From Octopus vulgaris (lineage: Eukaryota), in assembly GCA_951406725.2 (NCBI GenBank), contig OX597819.1:107694001-107758000 (forward strand): 64,000 bases of DNA, given 5' to 3'. Of the stretch, positions 39,601 to 54,352 are shown piece by piece. Both the position numbers and the translations under genes were made by a program. The first letter of the stretch is position 1. Each line of letters opens with the position of its first letter. The notes beneath the pieces are model-generated. The model was not told the origin of the DNA. It did no database searches and saw only the letters and a program-made list of their open reading frames with translations.

Positions 39601-39879
39601 GCATGGCTAGATATGCAACTATATGCATGAAAATACATACGTAAAACAAAACATACAAATCTGCACTTGCATTGACTCCAAATATTGCACGTAAACACAT
39701 ATATGTAAAACTACCCTGTTGATGTTACTGAAATTCCAATGAAGGAGCTTTGGATTTAGTTTCTCTATTGGCAAGAAATGTTGAAATAAAACTGAATAAT
39801 GACAAACATACATACATACATAAATACATACGTGCATACATACATACATGCATACATGCATATATACAAACATACATAA

Positions 39880-42260
39880 CTACCAGTGAGACAATCTTTC
39901 AATGATAAAATGGATCATTTATCCTTTGTGCAAGGGAAATCTGAACAGTATGTAATCGACTCAAAGGAAGTTAGAGCAATAAACTTATCTCATATTTTCC
40001 ATGTGGTGACTTGAAAGTATATTCTAAGTATAAGAATGGCATGAAGAAGAATCTTGATATGGCTACAGCTTACTCAAAGGATATATGAATGGAATTTAGT
40101 CAAGATAAATATTCCTTCATAATTGTAAAACCATGGAAACTACAAGCCAGTTTAGCAATACCACAAATAATGGGTGACTGTTTCTCAGGCATCAAACGAG
40201 GAATGCTTTTGGTACCTATGTATTGATGGAAATATATCAGATGGTAAGTTTCGTACAAGGGAATAAGTAACCAAGAACATAATACTTTGATTAAAATATA
40301 TTATCATCTCTAAAGACTATAAAAATTGTGGCTCATAATGTGTTTTCTGTACCAATTATCACACTAACATTTCGATGACATGGATGCTACCTGAGATGTG
40401 AAAACCTGAAAACTATTAACATCTCCCAAAATTTCTACATGAAAAATGATATTGACTATCTCAACTTAAAATGAAAGTAAGGATGCAGAAGCTTCACATT
40501 ACACGAAACACCATTTGAATGCTGCATTTTATCTTATCCATACGATCTACAGACACACAGCATCGAAGTGTATCCAAAGATCATGTTTATGTCATGAAAG
40601 TTAGAAAGGAGATCCGCGAAAAGTATTCCTTGACAGATGACCATGAATACATACCCGGGGAAGTTGCACAACTCTATAGCAGCAAATATAAGGCTTTCTG
40701 CTTATAAAATTATCTGTCAAACTAACCCTATCGGATTATATAGCATTACGTTTCTAAGTGAACTTTTTGGCTCTTGGTTATGTAACTACGTTTACTGGCT
40801 CCAGTCTTAATTATCTTACCTTCATAAACTATGAGGCTGGGTAAAAAGTAAGCACCGTTTTGAACCATGAAGAAATTTTGCAGAGTTTAGGATTTTTTAA
40901 AACATTTTTTGCAATTTTCTGATAATACAGTCATAGACTTGCCCAAATACATCAATAAATTAACATTGATATTTTTTCATCGTTGTTACAATCATCTGAA
41001 ATGGAATTGTCAATGCGCGATTTTCGAGAAAATTTTGCTATTCAACTTCAAAAAAGAACGTAAAGCAGCTGAAACTGCTTGCGATATCTACGAAACGTTT
41101 GTTGTGGAAATGACCAATCAGTGGACAACTCCAAAATGATTTAAACGATTTTGCAGTAGAGACCTGAGCCTTGAAGATCGTGAGCGTAGTGGACGTCTAT
41201 CTGTCATCGATAATGGTCAATTAAAGACCGTCATTGAGAAGAATCCACGTAAAACCACTCAAGAACTGGCAAAAGAACTTCAAGTTAGCCGGAAAACTGC
41301 CTGCAACCATTTGCATGCGATCGGAAAATCAAAAAGCTCGACAAATGGGTACCACATATTTTAATGAAAATTAGAAAATGCGCAGATATGAAATATGCTC
41401 GTCGCTTCTTCTCCGTAACCAGACTGATCCGTTTCTCGACAGTAATGTAACTTGCGATGAAAAGTGGATTCTGTACAATAATAAAAAAAAAAGTTCTTCG
41501 CAGTGGTGGGACCAAAATTAAGCATCGGAAATCTTCATTAAATCCGAGTTCTTCAAAGGGAAGGTTATGATGACTGTTTGGTGGCGTACAGCTGGATTCA
41601 TCCACTATAACTTCTTAAAACCCGCAAAAACCATTACTGCAGAAGCATATTGTCATGGAATTGCCAAATTGAACGAAAAACTGCTATTCCTTCGTCAATA
41701 CTGGTCAACAGACAATGCTCGACCACAAGTTTCACTAATGACGCCCTAGAAGTCGAAGCTACGAAGTTCTTTCCAAAACGGCTTATTCCCCAGACCTTTC
41801 TCCTAGCCACAACCACTTTTTCAGGTAACTTGATTGTTTCCAGTGAGAGAAGGAGTCAAAAACCAAACCGATGCTGAATGTGCGTTCAAAGAGTTCATCA
41901 GCTCCAGAACTGTAGATTTTTATGTTACCAGAATAAACAAACTTTAATTCATTGGCAAAAATGTGTTGATTATAATGCTACTTACTTTGATGAATGAAAT
42001 TTCTTCATTGTTAAAATATATTGTGATGAATTTCATGTTTCAAAACGTTGCTTACTTTTTACTCAGCCTGATAGAAAAGATACAGCTAATTAAGAAATTA
42101 CAATTACAAGCTATTTTTGGAACTGAAAACATATGTAAAACATTCAAGAAGTTTAACCTGTAAGAAGTAAATATGATTATTACAGGTATATAGGTATTTT
42201 GAAGGTATCTTATGTGCTATCCAAGCACAGAAGATTGCTACATTATGACTAATAAATTAA
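39880..42260 (+). mobile_element. Degenerate R4/Dong-like LINE RT region interrupted by a mariner
   Basis: LSHIFHV/DLKVY, MEFSQDK, AHNVFSVPIITLTF before the mariner; EGILCAIQAQKIAT after it. Confidence 0.55.
40832..42071 (+). mobile_element. mariner transposon with both TIRs, transposase pseudogene
   Basis: TIRs TGAGGCTGGGTAAAAAGTAAGCACCGTTTTGAA / TTCAAAACGTTGCTTACTTTTTACTCAGCCTGA, TA flanks; TCDEKWILY, KVMMTVWW, DNARP, YSPDL. Confidence 0.92.
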
Positions 42261-42964
42261 TAATACAGTGAAGTCCATAACCCCTAAAATTATATTTCAT
42301 GTAAGAGAGAAATATAATACGGGATCACCAGCCGCCTGAAAACTAACGTTATATTAAGCTTTCATTTATATTACTTAAGCAATATACAATGCAGTCTACA
42401 GATAAATATTATTCAGGCACAAACGTCAAAAATATTTTGATATAGAGAAATATATAGGTTTATAGAAGTCAGCTGGTCTTCAGACGTAAACATATATTTC
42501 AAAGTCAGTGAGAAGAATATTTTTAATCATATAAAGCATTTCTATGCAGATTGTAGCTTCACATTTGCACCTATAACTTTTGGTATACAAGTCTAGGTAA
42601 TTAAACGTCTTAGTGGTAATGTTGAAAGTTAGTGTTTTCAGCTAAAGAAGTTGATCAGCTAAAACTCATTTTACAAATACAATCTATAAGCGGAACAGTT
42701 AAATATGCAAAAGATTCTTAAAGCTTAACGCGAAAATATTTCCCGTCGTTGTTGGAGTTTTATTCTTTTATAGAGATTAGTTTCTCCTTTACTGGAAGAA
42801 ATTTAATAACAAAGAAAGTGAATGATAATTTTGTACCTACACGCACAACGGTGCATCCATGACTACTCGTCTTATCGGAGTTATATAGAACAGCATTTCC
42901 TTTCCTTATTTAGGGCAATAGTATGTCGAAGACCACGTACAAATTTCATCGTTAGCTCAGAAAT

Positions 42965-43185
42965 ATTGGTTTCAAATTTTGGCACAAGGCCAGCAATTTC
43001 AGGGAGCAGTGTAAGTCGATTTCATCAACCCCAGTGTGTTCAACTGGCACTTATTTTATCGACACTGAAAGGATGGAAAGTAAAGTTGACCTAAGGGGAA
43101 TTTCAACTCAGAACGTAAAGACAGACGAAATGCCGCCGAGCATTTAGTCCGGCGTGCTTACGTTTCTGCTAGCTCTCAGCCTTTG
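42965..43185 (-). mobile_element. SINE family B
   Basis: Reverse-complement core and head. Confidence 0.75.
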
Positions 43186-43834
43186 TTAGTTCAGAAATAT
43201 CACAATATATTATATCAATAAGACAGATACGATTTTTATATATAACGAAGTAAACCACACTTTTCTTTGTTATATCAGTGAACAAAGACATATACAAATG
43301 AAGATAGCACTTTTCAATTATTGCTTTTCACTTCAAATATAGAATATCTGAAAGACATACGTCTAGGAAAGAACAGAAGAAATACTGCAATTCAATAATT
43401 TATCTCGCATTGATTTTTAGAAAAAGTATGTACCGTTATAGAGGTCAGCAGTCGTGCGGGTATGAGAGTATCTTTTGGACATCTGCTGCTAGAGCTACAA
43501 GTCTTCTAACTAGTCTTTTTTTAAATGATTATAATCAAAGCCGCACTTCTTTACATTACTAAGGGTCTGAATCATAATCTTACAGAGATTAAGAATTTTT
43601 TTTCAGTTAAAGACAAAAAGAATTACAATTAAAATGAAAATTTAGTCTGTAAATAGGAGAGTACATACATGCAAGACTTTCCAAACAATCGTTTAACACT
43701 TTTGTTATCTAAAATACAGTGATGGACCACTACTTCTAAGAAGCCAGCCTTTAATTTTCATAATACTTCCATGTTTTCTCATGCTTAGATACATATGTAT
43801 ATATATGTACGCATAGATAGATAGAGAGAGAGAG

Positions 43835-44592
43835 ATGGAGATGAATGGAAGCATAACGTTGCCATCACTTATGATCTTTCCAAACACCATGATGTTGACT
43901 GGATGTTTGATTTTTATCACACTCGGTAATATGTTTAGGGAACACGGCAAGCCAACAGTTGTTCTTAGTGTCCACCATCTGACCCTGGCAGAAATTTTTC
44001 TGGTGGGAAAAACTAAAGCATGTTCGATTAGAGGGGATGCTTGAGTTTGTTCAGAAGCTTCGTAGCACGGTCTTTCCTCTTGTCCTTGATGGATTCGGTT
44101 GAAAAATTGGCGCTTTCTCATCTTGTATGAAGAATACCGAATGTCTTCATGTATTTCCTGCCCGATAAGCAAGTCACACACTCCCGTGTTCCTGGCAATG
44201 GACTTGATCGAGTTAGAGGGGTCGTTGTCAGTCATGGCCTGGATCTCACCAACAAATTCAGGAGTTCTTTTCTTTTCAGAATGATCTGAGTGTGTTTTCC
44301 GAGCTGCCGTACCTTCGTAATCACCAGTAGACTCATCCAACTCTTTCCAAATCCTCTGCACTGTCCTCAGATTGGAATCCAAACACTCTGAAATATTCGT
44401 ATTGGAGCTTCCGGCACGAATGCCAAGCAGTACATCATGTCGTTCCAAATTTCTGACAGAGTGAATTGCGTCACAGTTCTGTTTTTCTCACAGACTCTAC
44501 TATACTGTGTAGTCGACAAAATCAAAAACAATGTGCATGTGCGAAATTAAGAATATAAAATGACGACGATTTACCCATCGCATCCTTCTGTA
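43835..44592 (-). mobile_element. Tc1/mariner-superfamily (maT/DD37D-like) 5' fragment
   Basis: HTH ISECLDSNLRTVQRI, RTPEFVGEIQAMTDNDPSNSIKSIA, KHPVNIMVFGKIISDGNVM; frameshifted and truncated. Confidence 0.75.
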
Positions 44593-44921
44593 TATGTGTG
44601 TGTATGTGTGTGTGTATGTATGTGTGTGTGTGTGCGTGCGTGTGTGCATAGGAAAGTAGAAAAAGGAGACAAAGGATCAAGATGCTATTAAATCATTTAT
44701 ATCTTCATATCACCCACATGTTTCTATTAATGCATCCAAAATGCGTCCGACTGGATGAATAATGGTCAGCTAGGATATAAATAAAAGTACTCATCAATTA
44801 GACATTTTAACATATATATGAAGCCCCAGAAAATGTGACGCATATATATATATGCATATGCAAACAAGCACACATACACACAGCCATACATACAGGCATA
44901 TATATAGATATATACATATAC

Positions 44922-45056
<135 letters not shown>

Positions 45057-45063
45057 GTGTGTA

Positions 45064-45096
<33 letters not shown>

Positions 45097-45107
45097 GTGT
45101 GTGTGTG

Positions 45108-45145
<38 letters not shown>

Positions 45146-45279
45146 CATATATATACACACATACATATGCATACATATTTCCATATATACACATATATAC
45201 ATACACAGACATGTAGAAGAACGCATATACGCACGTACAAGTATGTATATATATATATATATATTTATTATATAGAAGG

Positions 45280-45330
45280 AGCTTCTACAGGACTAGAACT
45301 GTTTCATTCAAGAGAAATCTTCAGGAAGCT
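45280..45330 (-). ncRNA. Type I hammerhead ribozyme (left arm)
   Basis: Reverse complement of 45488-45538. Confidence 0.8.
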
Positions 45331-45487
45331 AGTTAACAAGAATTGTGTTGGCATTTATACATTTAGGCAGGTTTATAGGGGTGGTGGTGGGGGACTTTTT
45401 GGGGGTAGGCATAGCGCAAAAAGTCCCCCACCACCACCCCTATAAACCTGCCTAAATGTATAAATGCCAACACAATTCTTGTTAACT

Positions 45488-45538
45488 AGCTTCCTGAAGA
45501 TTTCTCTTGAATGAAACAGTTCTAGTCCTGTAGAAGCT
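45488..45538 (+). ncRNA. Type I hammerhead ribozyme (right arm)
   Basis: AGCUUC-CUGAAGA-UUUCUCUUGAAU-GAAACAG(UUCUAGUC)CUGUA-GAAGCU. Confidence 0.8.
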
Positions 45539-45644
45539 CCTTCTATATAATAAATTAATTTTACTCTGCTATGTATTGAGTACCTTATTTACTGTGGTTA
45601 ACCCCGAATCAACCCGGGACCTACATATATATATATATATATAC

Positions 45645-45891
45645 TGTATGGAAAGTGTTTATAAGTCATTTAAAAACACACAAAAACCGTTAAATTCACT
45701 CCAGCATTTAAATTTAATTTGCCAAAAGATTTTCGTCGCTTTGGGACCGCGACCAGATCACTGACAAAATTCCGTCTAACGGTTTTTGTGTGTTTTTAAA
45801 TGGTTTATAAACAGCTTCCACGCTGCAATTGTTTTTGTTTCAGCACACGATCTCAGATCAGGTCACTTGCTATGCAAGTACATCTCCATAA

Positions 45892-45893
<2 letters not shown>
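45645..45893. repeat. Small inverted-repeat element between (TA)n tracts
   Basis: ~45647-45689 inverted to ~45777-45820; ~70-nt right extension. Confidence 0.7.
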
Positions 45894-45936
<43 letters not shown>

Positions 45937-46331
45937 TCTTATATGTACGTGTGTGTACGTACACATGATTGATTCATTTTATCTGATGACAACTGGCTCG
46001 TTAGTTATTCTCTATACAATCTCTGTTCATTGCCAAACGTACATGACGACTCTTAACAGCTGCTGTGAACGGGATGAGGTAATGAATTATCAGTACATCA
46101 TTGTAGTATAGTATATGATACTTATGTATCTCACTAAGCATACACAGTTAAATATTCATTGACAAGGATATCAAGAAAATTGCTATCTCGTCTACAGGTT
46201 TTATATCAGAGATTATCTCCGAAAAAAGGACCCCCACAAGTCAGTGGAGGTTGATTTTTAAAGTTCGCTTTCTCCAAATTGTTTTGTTGAATGACAAGAA
46301 ACAAATCTGCGTAATTCTATGTCCCCACGCA

Positions 46332-46448
<117 letters not shown>

Positions 46449-47638
46449 TTTTATCCTGCTTTAAGCTCCTACACTTCGGACTTACTTTTGCCTGAACTTT
46501 CTGCACCTCACCTCATCTACATACCAACATTCCACCCAAATTACCAATGGATATACTTATATGGATTCCACTGAACTCTTCCGTTGATGAAAAATCGCTC
46601 AAATACACCACGACTTTGAACCTTTTTGAACATTTTTGAACTTACTGTTTTTTCTTACTCTCTTCTTTACTATTCTGTACGTTGTTACTTTGCCTCTCTT
46701 TCCCTCTCTCTCTCCCTCTTTCTTATTCTTTCGTCTTTTCTTATTTTCTCTTTTTCTCTCCGTTTCTTCTTTTTCTTTTTCTTTCTCTTTCTTTTTTCTT
46801 TTTCTTCTCGCGCCTTTTGAAGTTTTTGAATTTTTGTACTCAGTACGTCATTACTTTGCCTTTCTCTCTCCTTTCTCTTTTTTCAAGCATGCCCGATTAC
46901 AAATTTTTCCTCCTCCACCTTCACCACCGCCTAAATTATCGCATTCTCACACTTCCTTTCCAATGCTTTCAACCTTCTATTAATCTTTTCCTACTAATTT
47001 TCAGAAAAACACGGTTCTCTAGCCACGTTTCCTTTCTCAGTCGCTGACTCCACTACCGCCTCATCTCCAAAGGTTTCCACCTCCATTTCCACCCCACTTT
47101 CCACTCTGCTTCTGCCATCCTACCCATACTCCATACTTCATCCTACCGTCTTATGCGTGCCGCCATTCGTTCTAATCTCTCCTAAATACACACCCTCGAC
47201 CGCCTTTTTCCTCTTGCTTATTCCATCTTTTTTCCTCTCTTTCACCTTCTTATGCACATTCCATTCTACGAGTCATAATCCATTTAAATCATCTTTTCCG
47301 CGAGTTTCTCGCTCGCACTAAACAACGTAAAGTCGTCTCATTCTTTCATTCCGTCACACTCGATGCATGTATGTATGCATGTATGTATACATGCATGTGT
47401 ATATGCATGAATGTATGTATGCGTGCATGTACGTATACATGTATGTATGTATGTATGTATGTTTGCATATATGTATGTATGCACGCATGCATGTATGTAT
47501 ATAGGTATGTATGTATCTATGTATGTATATATGTATGTGTGTGTATGTATTTATGTATGTATGTATGTATGTATGTATGTATGTATGTATGTATGTATGT
47601 ATGTATGTATGATGTATGTATGTATGTATGTATGTATG

Positions 47639-47669
<31 letters not shown>

Positions 47670-48355
47670 GACTGAAACACGTACAAGTGTTACCAGTGAA
47701 ACAGATAAAAGCAAATGACATTGCTATTTTAATTAATCCCAGAGCAACCCTGATCACACACACCAAAAGTTCAAAAACATTCTAGTCGTGACCAACCTTC
47801 CTCTTTAGGTATTTTGTAGGATTACATTATTCGAAATGTCTTTTCTTTAAGAGGACAGAGTGCTATCTGAGGTGTATAAATCATATTGTCTTCCTTTATT
47901 CCAAAATGTTTTCGTCACTGCCCGTCTTAAAATATTCAAAGGTAAAATTATAAAAAGTAATACATAAATTTAAAACCGAAGACATTTTCTTAATGGAAAC
48001 ATTTTTCCATTAAGCCTTTACTTACATTTCATATTCATAATGACTCTGACCTTACATAAGCCACAATATTTTCTTAGACCTCTATTAATGTCGGTTTTGT
48101 TGTATTCCACAAATAATGTATTTTAAAAATATTACATAATGAAAAAAACATTCGTACAGAAAAATGCGGAACACCTATGATGTAGCCATTTTGTGATCGC
48201 TCCACTTGCTGCCATTTATCTCTAATATTACGACCTATCAGAATCACATTTACACACACACACACACATGCACGCACATACACACACATGCACGCACGCG
48301 CACAAATACACACATGCACACACACACACGCACACTCAAATACATATGTCTAAAT

Positions 48356-48429
<74 letters not shown>

Positions 48430-48859
48430 GGCAGGCAGGCAGGCAGACAAATGGACGGACGGATAGAGAAAAAGACACAAGAGGAGGAGGATGTTAATAA
48501 TGATTGTAATACATAAAGCGAATACAACTTAAAACAAAAAACAATAAAACCCACAAGAGACGTTCACAGATCACTTTATTCGGTGGACGCTCAAGAAAGG
48601 AATAACACTTACAGAATAAATGTTATAACGTTTAGAATATTATCTGTTTTGCATGCAAGAGGGAAGTTTAAGAGTAACAAGGAGGAGAAAATAGAGAAGA
48701 AAGAAAATAAAATAAAAGAGAGCTAAGAAGAAATGCGCGTGGGTTAGATTTACGTTTGGCATCATAGATCTGTATATATGTATGTGTATAAGTGTATGCA
48801 TACACTATGTGTGTTCATTCATTCGCAACAAACTCGCGTTTCCTTCCACCCACCCTACC

Positions 48860-49050
48860 ACTTGACAACCAGTGTTTGGTGTGTTTACGTGTCCAATATC
48901 TGGCAGTTCGGCAAAAGAGACCCATAGAATTAGCACCAGGCTTAAAGTATAAAAAAGTCCTGGAATCGATTTGTTCGAAGAAAATATCTCCTCAAAGTGA
49001 TGCCCCCAGCATGGCCGCAGTCAAATGCCCAAAACAAGTATAAGTAAAAA
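48860..49050 (+). mobile_element. SINE family A, 3' half
   Basis: CTTGACAACC...GTTCGGCAAAAGAGAC...CAGCATGGCCGCAGTCAAATG. Confidence 0.75.
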
Positions 49051-49051
49051 G

Positions 49052-49083
<32 letters not shown>

Positions 49084-49104
49084 TTTTAATACATATATAT
49101 GTAG

Positions 49105-49164
<60 letters not shown>

Positions 49165-49189
49165 AATATATATATGTATACATATATAC

Positions 49190-49310
<121 letters not shown>

Positions 49311-51019
49311 AGAGAGAAACAGCTATTTAGTTATTCCATCAATAGTGAAAAGATATTATCTATAACACCCACATAGAAATTAATTAAATATTTTATAATT
49401 ATTATTCTAAAAATCTCATAACAAATCAAACATTAAAAAATCGTTGATACATAATACAGGGAAAAGAATTTCGGCACTTTCTTCTAATTTTGAGATTTTC
49501 CAAAAACATGCACCTTATTATAATGAAGCCTTGAGGGAGGCAGGATATAATAAAAGTATTAAATTCTTTAATAATTGTAGATTTAATAATAATATAAAAA
49601 AATAATAATATAAATGATTCTAATATTATTTATAATAATAAACCAAATATTAAGAATTATGCTAAGTTTTGTTCAGTTAATTATGGTTTTAATAATAGGT
49701 ATTATGATAATACAAAAAATAAATATAATAAAAGAGTAAAAGATAATAAATTTAATGTGGTTAATGATAATAAGAAATATAATATAATAAATAAAAGTAA
49801 TGTTAACAATAAGTATAAAATTTGGTTAATTATTCCTTGTGGGGCTCAGGTTAAAACAAACATTATTAAAGAGATATTATAACTAATTGAATTATTCATT
49901 GTACATAATAAAAAATATAATAATAGTTTTTCTAGTAATAATTTTGGAGTTGGATATTCTACTACTAATAATGTTGATAACATTATTTCATCTTTTGATA
50001 GTTTTAATTTCATCTTTTAATAGCTTTTAATAGTAAAGATAAGACTAAATGTAAATTTAAAAATAAATGTAACTTGGTTGATGTAGTACATAAATGTGTA
50101 GTGACTCTGATAGATGATAATTTTAATAGGAATAGTTATAATATAAATGCGATTTACGTGGGGTCGACATCTAATAAAATTAAATTAAGGGCTAAGGGTG
50201 GCCCAACACATGCACTCATTTAAGAATAAAATATTGATTAATCCTACTGGTCTTAGCAAATATATATGGGAATTAAAATCTAAAGGAATTATGTATAATT
50301 TAAAAGGGAAATAGTTTTTAAAGCTAAATCTTATCGAATAGGTAATAATTTTTGTTTACAATGTACAAATAAATTTATGGAGATATTACAATCTAAAAAT
50401 AAGTAATTAATTCACAAGATGAGAGGAAATTAGATGTAGACATAGGTTGAATTATTTATATAATAAGTTTAGATAATTTGTGAATATATATAACCTGGTT
50501 TATGTTATTAATTTATGTAGTTATATTATGTAGTATTGTAATGAGTATAAATTAGTAGGTTATGTAGTGTATGAACATAAATAGAATCAGTTTAAACCAA
50601 GTCATTAATAAAAGTAATTGAAGGATATATATTAATTTATGAACATTTAATTAATTTTATATTTTTACATATAATGTCGTAGTTTTAAATTATTGAGAAT
50701 TTAAAATTTTTCCCCTTAAGTTGTATATCACGTCACGTTTTTTAATTTTTATTTTTTATCGTTAAATACATATATCTATTTCTTTATTTATTGTATATTT
50801 ATTGTTTACGTCATGATTAACGAGATAGGTTTTTTTTTACAGCGGTAGAATGTAAGTTTAAATTTGAAATTTCTTTTAACTGGTTTTCATCAATAAGATA
50901 AGTCATGTTTTTGCTTTACATTAATATTGTTAAATTTTATTAAATTATTTACTGCTAATATACATATATTTATATATTTATTGTTTTATTATAATATCTA
51001 AATTTATTTATGTTATTTT

Positions 51020-51115
51020 TTGACCTGAATAGTGGCTAAATATTTTTAAATTGAATTAATATTAAATCTTAATATTATCGACTTATATATTTAGTCATGA
51101 AACGCGCGTAGTCAA
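51020..51115 (+). ncRNA. Type I hammerhead in pLTR, G8U mutant
   Basis: UUGAC-CUGAAUA-GUGGCUAAAUAU...AUAUUUAGUCAU-GAAACGCGCGUA-GUCAA. Confidence 0.7.
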
Positions 51116-51146
51116 TTTAATGTTTGATTTGTTATGAGATTTTAGT

Positions 51147-51324
51147 AGGCATAGGAATGGCTGTGTAGTAAGTAGCTTGCTTACCAACCACATTGTTCAT
51201 GGCTCAGTCCCATTGCGAGGCACCTTGGGCAAGTGTCTTCTACTATAGCCTCGGGCCAACCAAAGCCTTGTGAGTGGATTTGGTAGACGGAAACTCAAAG
51301 AAGCATGTCATATATATGTGTGTG

Positions 51325-51385
<61 letters not shown>

Positions 51386-51600
51386 TTGCGTGTCTGTGTT
51401 TGTCCCCCAACACCGCTTGACAACCGATGATAATGTGTTTACGTCCCTGTAACTTAGCGGTTCGGTAAAAGAGACCGATAGAATAAGTACTAGGCTAACA
51501 AAGAATAAGTCCTAGGGTCGATTTGCTCGACTAAAGGCGGTGCTCCAGCATGGCCACAGTCAAATGACTGAAACAAGTAAAAGAATGAAAGAGTAAAAGT
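51147..51600 (+). mobile_element. SINE family A inserted in the pLTR
   Basis: Full head-to-tail copy interrupting the inverted-repeat arm. Confidence 0.9.
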
Positions 51601-51706
51601 GTTTTTTAGAATAATAATTATATGATATTTAATTAATTTCTATGTGGTTATTATAGATAATATCTTTTCACTATTGATGGAATAACTAAATATCGGTTTG
51701 TCTCTA

Positions 51707-51782
<76 letters not shown>

Positions 51783-53325
51783 ACGCCGTTGTTATATTCA
51801 TTGTGACAGACATTCATGAACAAACCGATATAGTGATACATTTAAAGAATATTTGGAAAATAATTTCGTTCTTTTAATTCAGTGGTAATAGAAAAAGTTG
51901 TTGCCACACTTTATTCGGATATAAAAATAGAAATAGTAAACAGTTCATCATTCCTGTATAGTAACATCAGTGTACGTGAAAACTAGCTAGGATTGCTTTT
52001 ACCTACGCTCAGCTAGGCGAGCGAACCACCAATACAAAAGGTCTACTAAAATCCTTTCTGAGACAAAATTTTAACTTTTTGATCCAAAAAGTGACGCATT
52101 AAATAAGGAAATCATAATTAAGACTGACTGATCAATAACTGGTACTCTTTAGTAGAGCAATATGTAGTATAAAAAAAACACATCCATCCCCCAAAATAGA
52201 ACAGCCAGTATATGAATAATGTATACACCAAACACAAGTCAACGACTGGACTTTTATTTGGTTGTATCTGCTAGAAATAGCAGGCGAATCTCTCTCAAAT
52301 CATATTTCACAGTTTTAAAAACTACATTTAGGGTCATAGACACAGTATGCCTCACAAATGAAAATGATGATATGGCCACAAACGGGATGTCTTTCGGTAA
52401 TACGTCTGTATGCTCAGAGACAATAAGAATAAAAGCACAAATCATTCATATCCTATACTAAATGAACTAGATGCATCATTCTAGTACTAGAAATTGTTGA
52501 ATAAGTTGCTAAAACATTGCATCATCTATTGCAGCTACCCACAAACTAAAAGTGAGAATATTCAAATAAGTCAAAAACGGTTCTCGTCATTGTGAAAGTT
52601 GAAAGCTGCAACCCTCAGAATGTATTACACAAGGACAATACTTTCTCGTCTGTTGACCATGCATTTACTAGAAAGAGCTATTAGACGACACATAAAAAGA
52701 AGAGAATGGAGAATAAAACTATATAGAAAACTATTAATTGATAATTATGTCATCTTATACAGCATTCTATACAAACACACACACGCAAATTATATTAGCA
52801 AGAGACGTTTTTAATAGCAAGAGACGTTTTTAATAGCAAAATACAAATCAGAAATCAGCGCAGAGATGTAGCACCCGTAGAATAAACTATAAAAGTTGAA
52901 GTTAATCGGAGAACAAATTTAAAATAGTGATAAAGGTTTTTTATGTTACATCATTGGTTTTTATGTTACATCATTCATGTGATCTCTTGCTGTTTATTAT
53001 AAAAACAAAATGAGACGAGAATGGCGCCCCAATAAACATTTTATTCGGAACGTGGAAGGTCTAGAAACATTAATGGACATAGGAAAGTTATTGTTCCAAA
53101 CGAAACAAAAAAAACTAATAACGAAATACGAAAAATTATAACTAAATGCAATAAAACTAGAAGTCAGCAATGTCACCAGTATGATATATATATATATACA
53201 CGTGTGTGTGTAGACCTATAGAACTGTATATGTATAATATATGTAAGTGTACATGTATGTACGCTTGAATATAAAATCAAGAGGAAAAATACACTTTAAA
53301 ACGAAGACGTGTCAATATTTATTAT

Positions 53326-53560
53326 GGCAGCGAGTTGGCAGAAACGTTAGCACGCCGGGCGAAATGCTTAGCGGTATTTCGTCTGCCGCTACGTATTGAG
53401 TTCAAATTCCGCCGAGGTCGACTTTGCTTTTTATCCTTTCGGGGTCGATAAATTAAGTACCAGTTACGCACTGGGGTCGATGTAATCGACTTAATCCGTT
53501 TGTCTGTCCTTGTTTGTCCCCTCTGTGTTTTGCCCCTTGTGGGTAGTAAAGAAATAGGTA
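53326..53560 (+). mobile_element. SINE family B, near consensus
   Basis: GGCAGCGAGTTGGCAGAAACGTTAGC...GTCGACTTTGC...AAAGAAATAGG. Confidence 0.9.
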
Positions 53561-53846
53561 AAAGTTTCGGGATGTGAGTTCAAATCGTTTGGGCCCCACT
53601 AAATGTTTTCTTCATAGAGTATATTTGGATCAATATATGTATATGTGCAGCCACACATATACATATAAAGGCATATACTATGTTAGCCATTTCAATTTAT
53701 ATTATTTTTAGTGTCACGATTGCTTGAGGAGTGGACAATGTATCTAACATTAAACAGTACATTTTCATTTCTATATTATCTCTCTCTCTCACACACACAC
53801 ACACTTTCTACTCTTCCTCTCTGTTCACACAAACACGCACACATGC

Positions 53847-53928
<82 letters not shown>

Positions 53929-53931
<3 letters not shown>

Positions 53932-54087
53932 TGCAGGAGTGGCTGTGTGGTAAGTATCACATGGTTCCGGATTCAATCCCACTGCGTGGCACCTTAGGCA
54001 AGTGTCTTCTGGTATAGTCTCGGGCCGACCAAAGCCTTGTGAGTGGATTTGGTAGATGAAAACTGAAAGAAGCTCGTCGTATATATG

Positions 54088-54152
<65 letters not shown>

Positions 54153-54352
54153 CTGTGTACGTTCCCCCAACATCGCTTGACAACTGATGCTGGTGTATTT
54201 ACGTCCCCGTAACCTAGCTGTTGGGCAAAAGAGACCGATAGAATATGTACTAGGCTTACAAAGAATAAGTCCTGGACTGGATTTGCTCGACTAAAGGCGG
54301 TGCCACCAGCATAGCCGCAGTCAAATGACTGAAACAAGAAAAAGAGTAAAAA
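53929..54352 (+). mobile_element. SINE family A
   Basis: Homology to the other family A copies. Confidence 0.9.

Larger units (their letters stand above)
45263..45624 (+). mobile_element. Perfect fold-back mini element with two hammerheads
   Basis: Arms 45263-45401 / 45417-45555 are exact reverse complements by eye; ~70-nt extension on the right; (TA)n flanks. Confidence 0.9.

Noticed and set aside
44705-44785. Minus-strand CUGACCA...GAAACAUGUG
   Set aside because: Several core substitutions, so too degenerate to call
52219-52461. ORF containing QRLDFYLV, similar to a LINE endonuclease motif
   Set aside because: Single short motif; not enough to annotate
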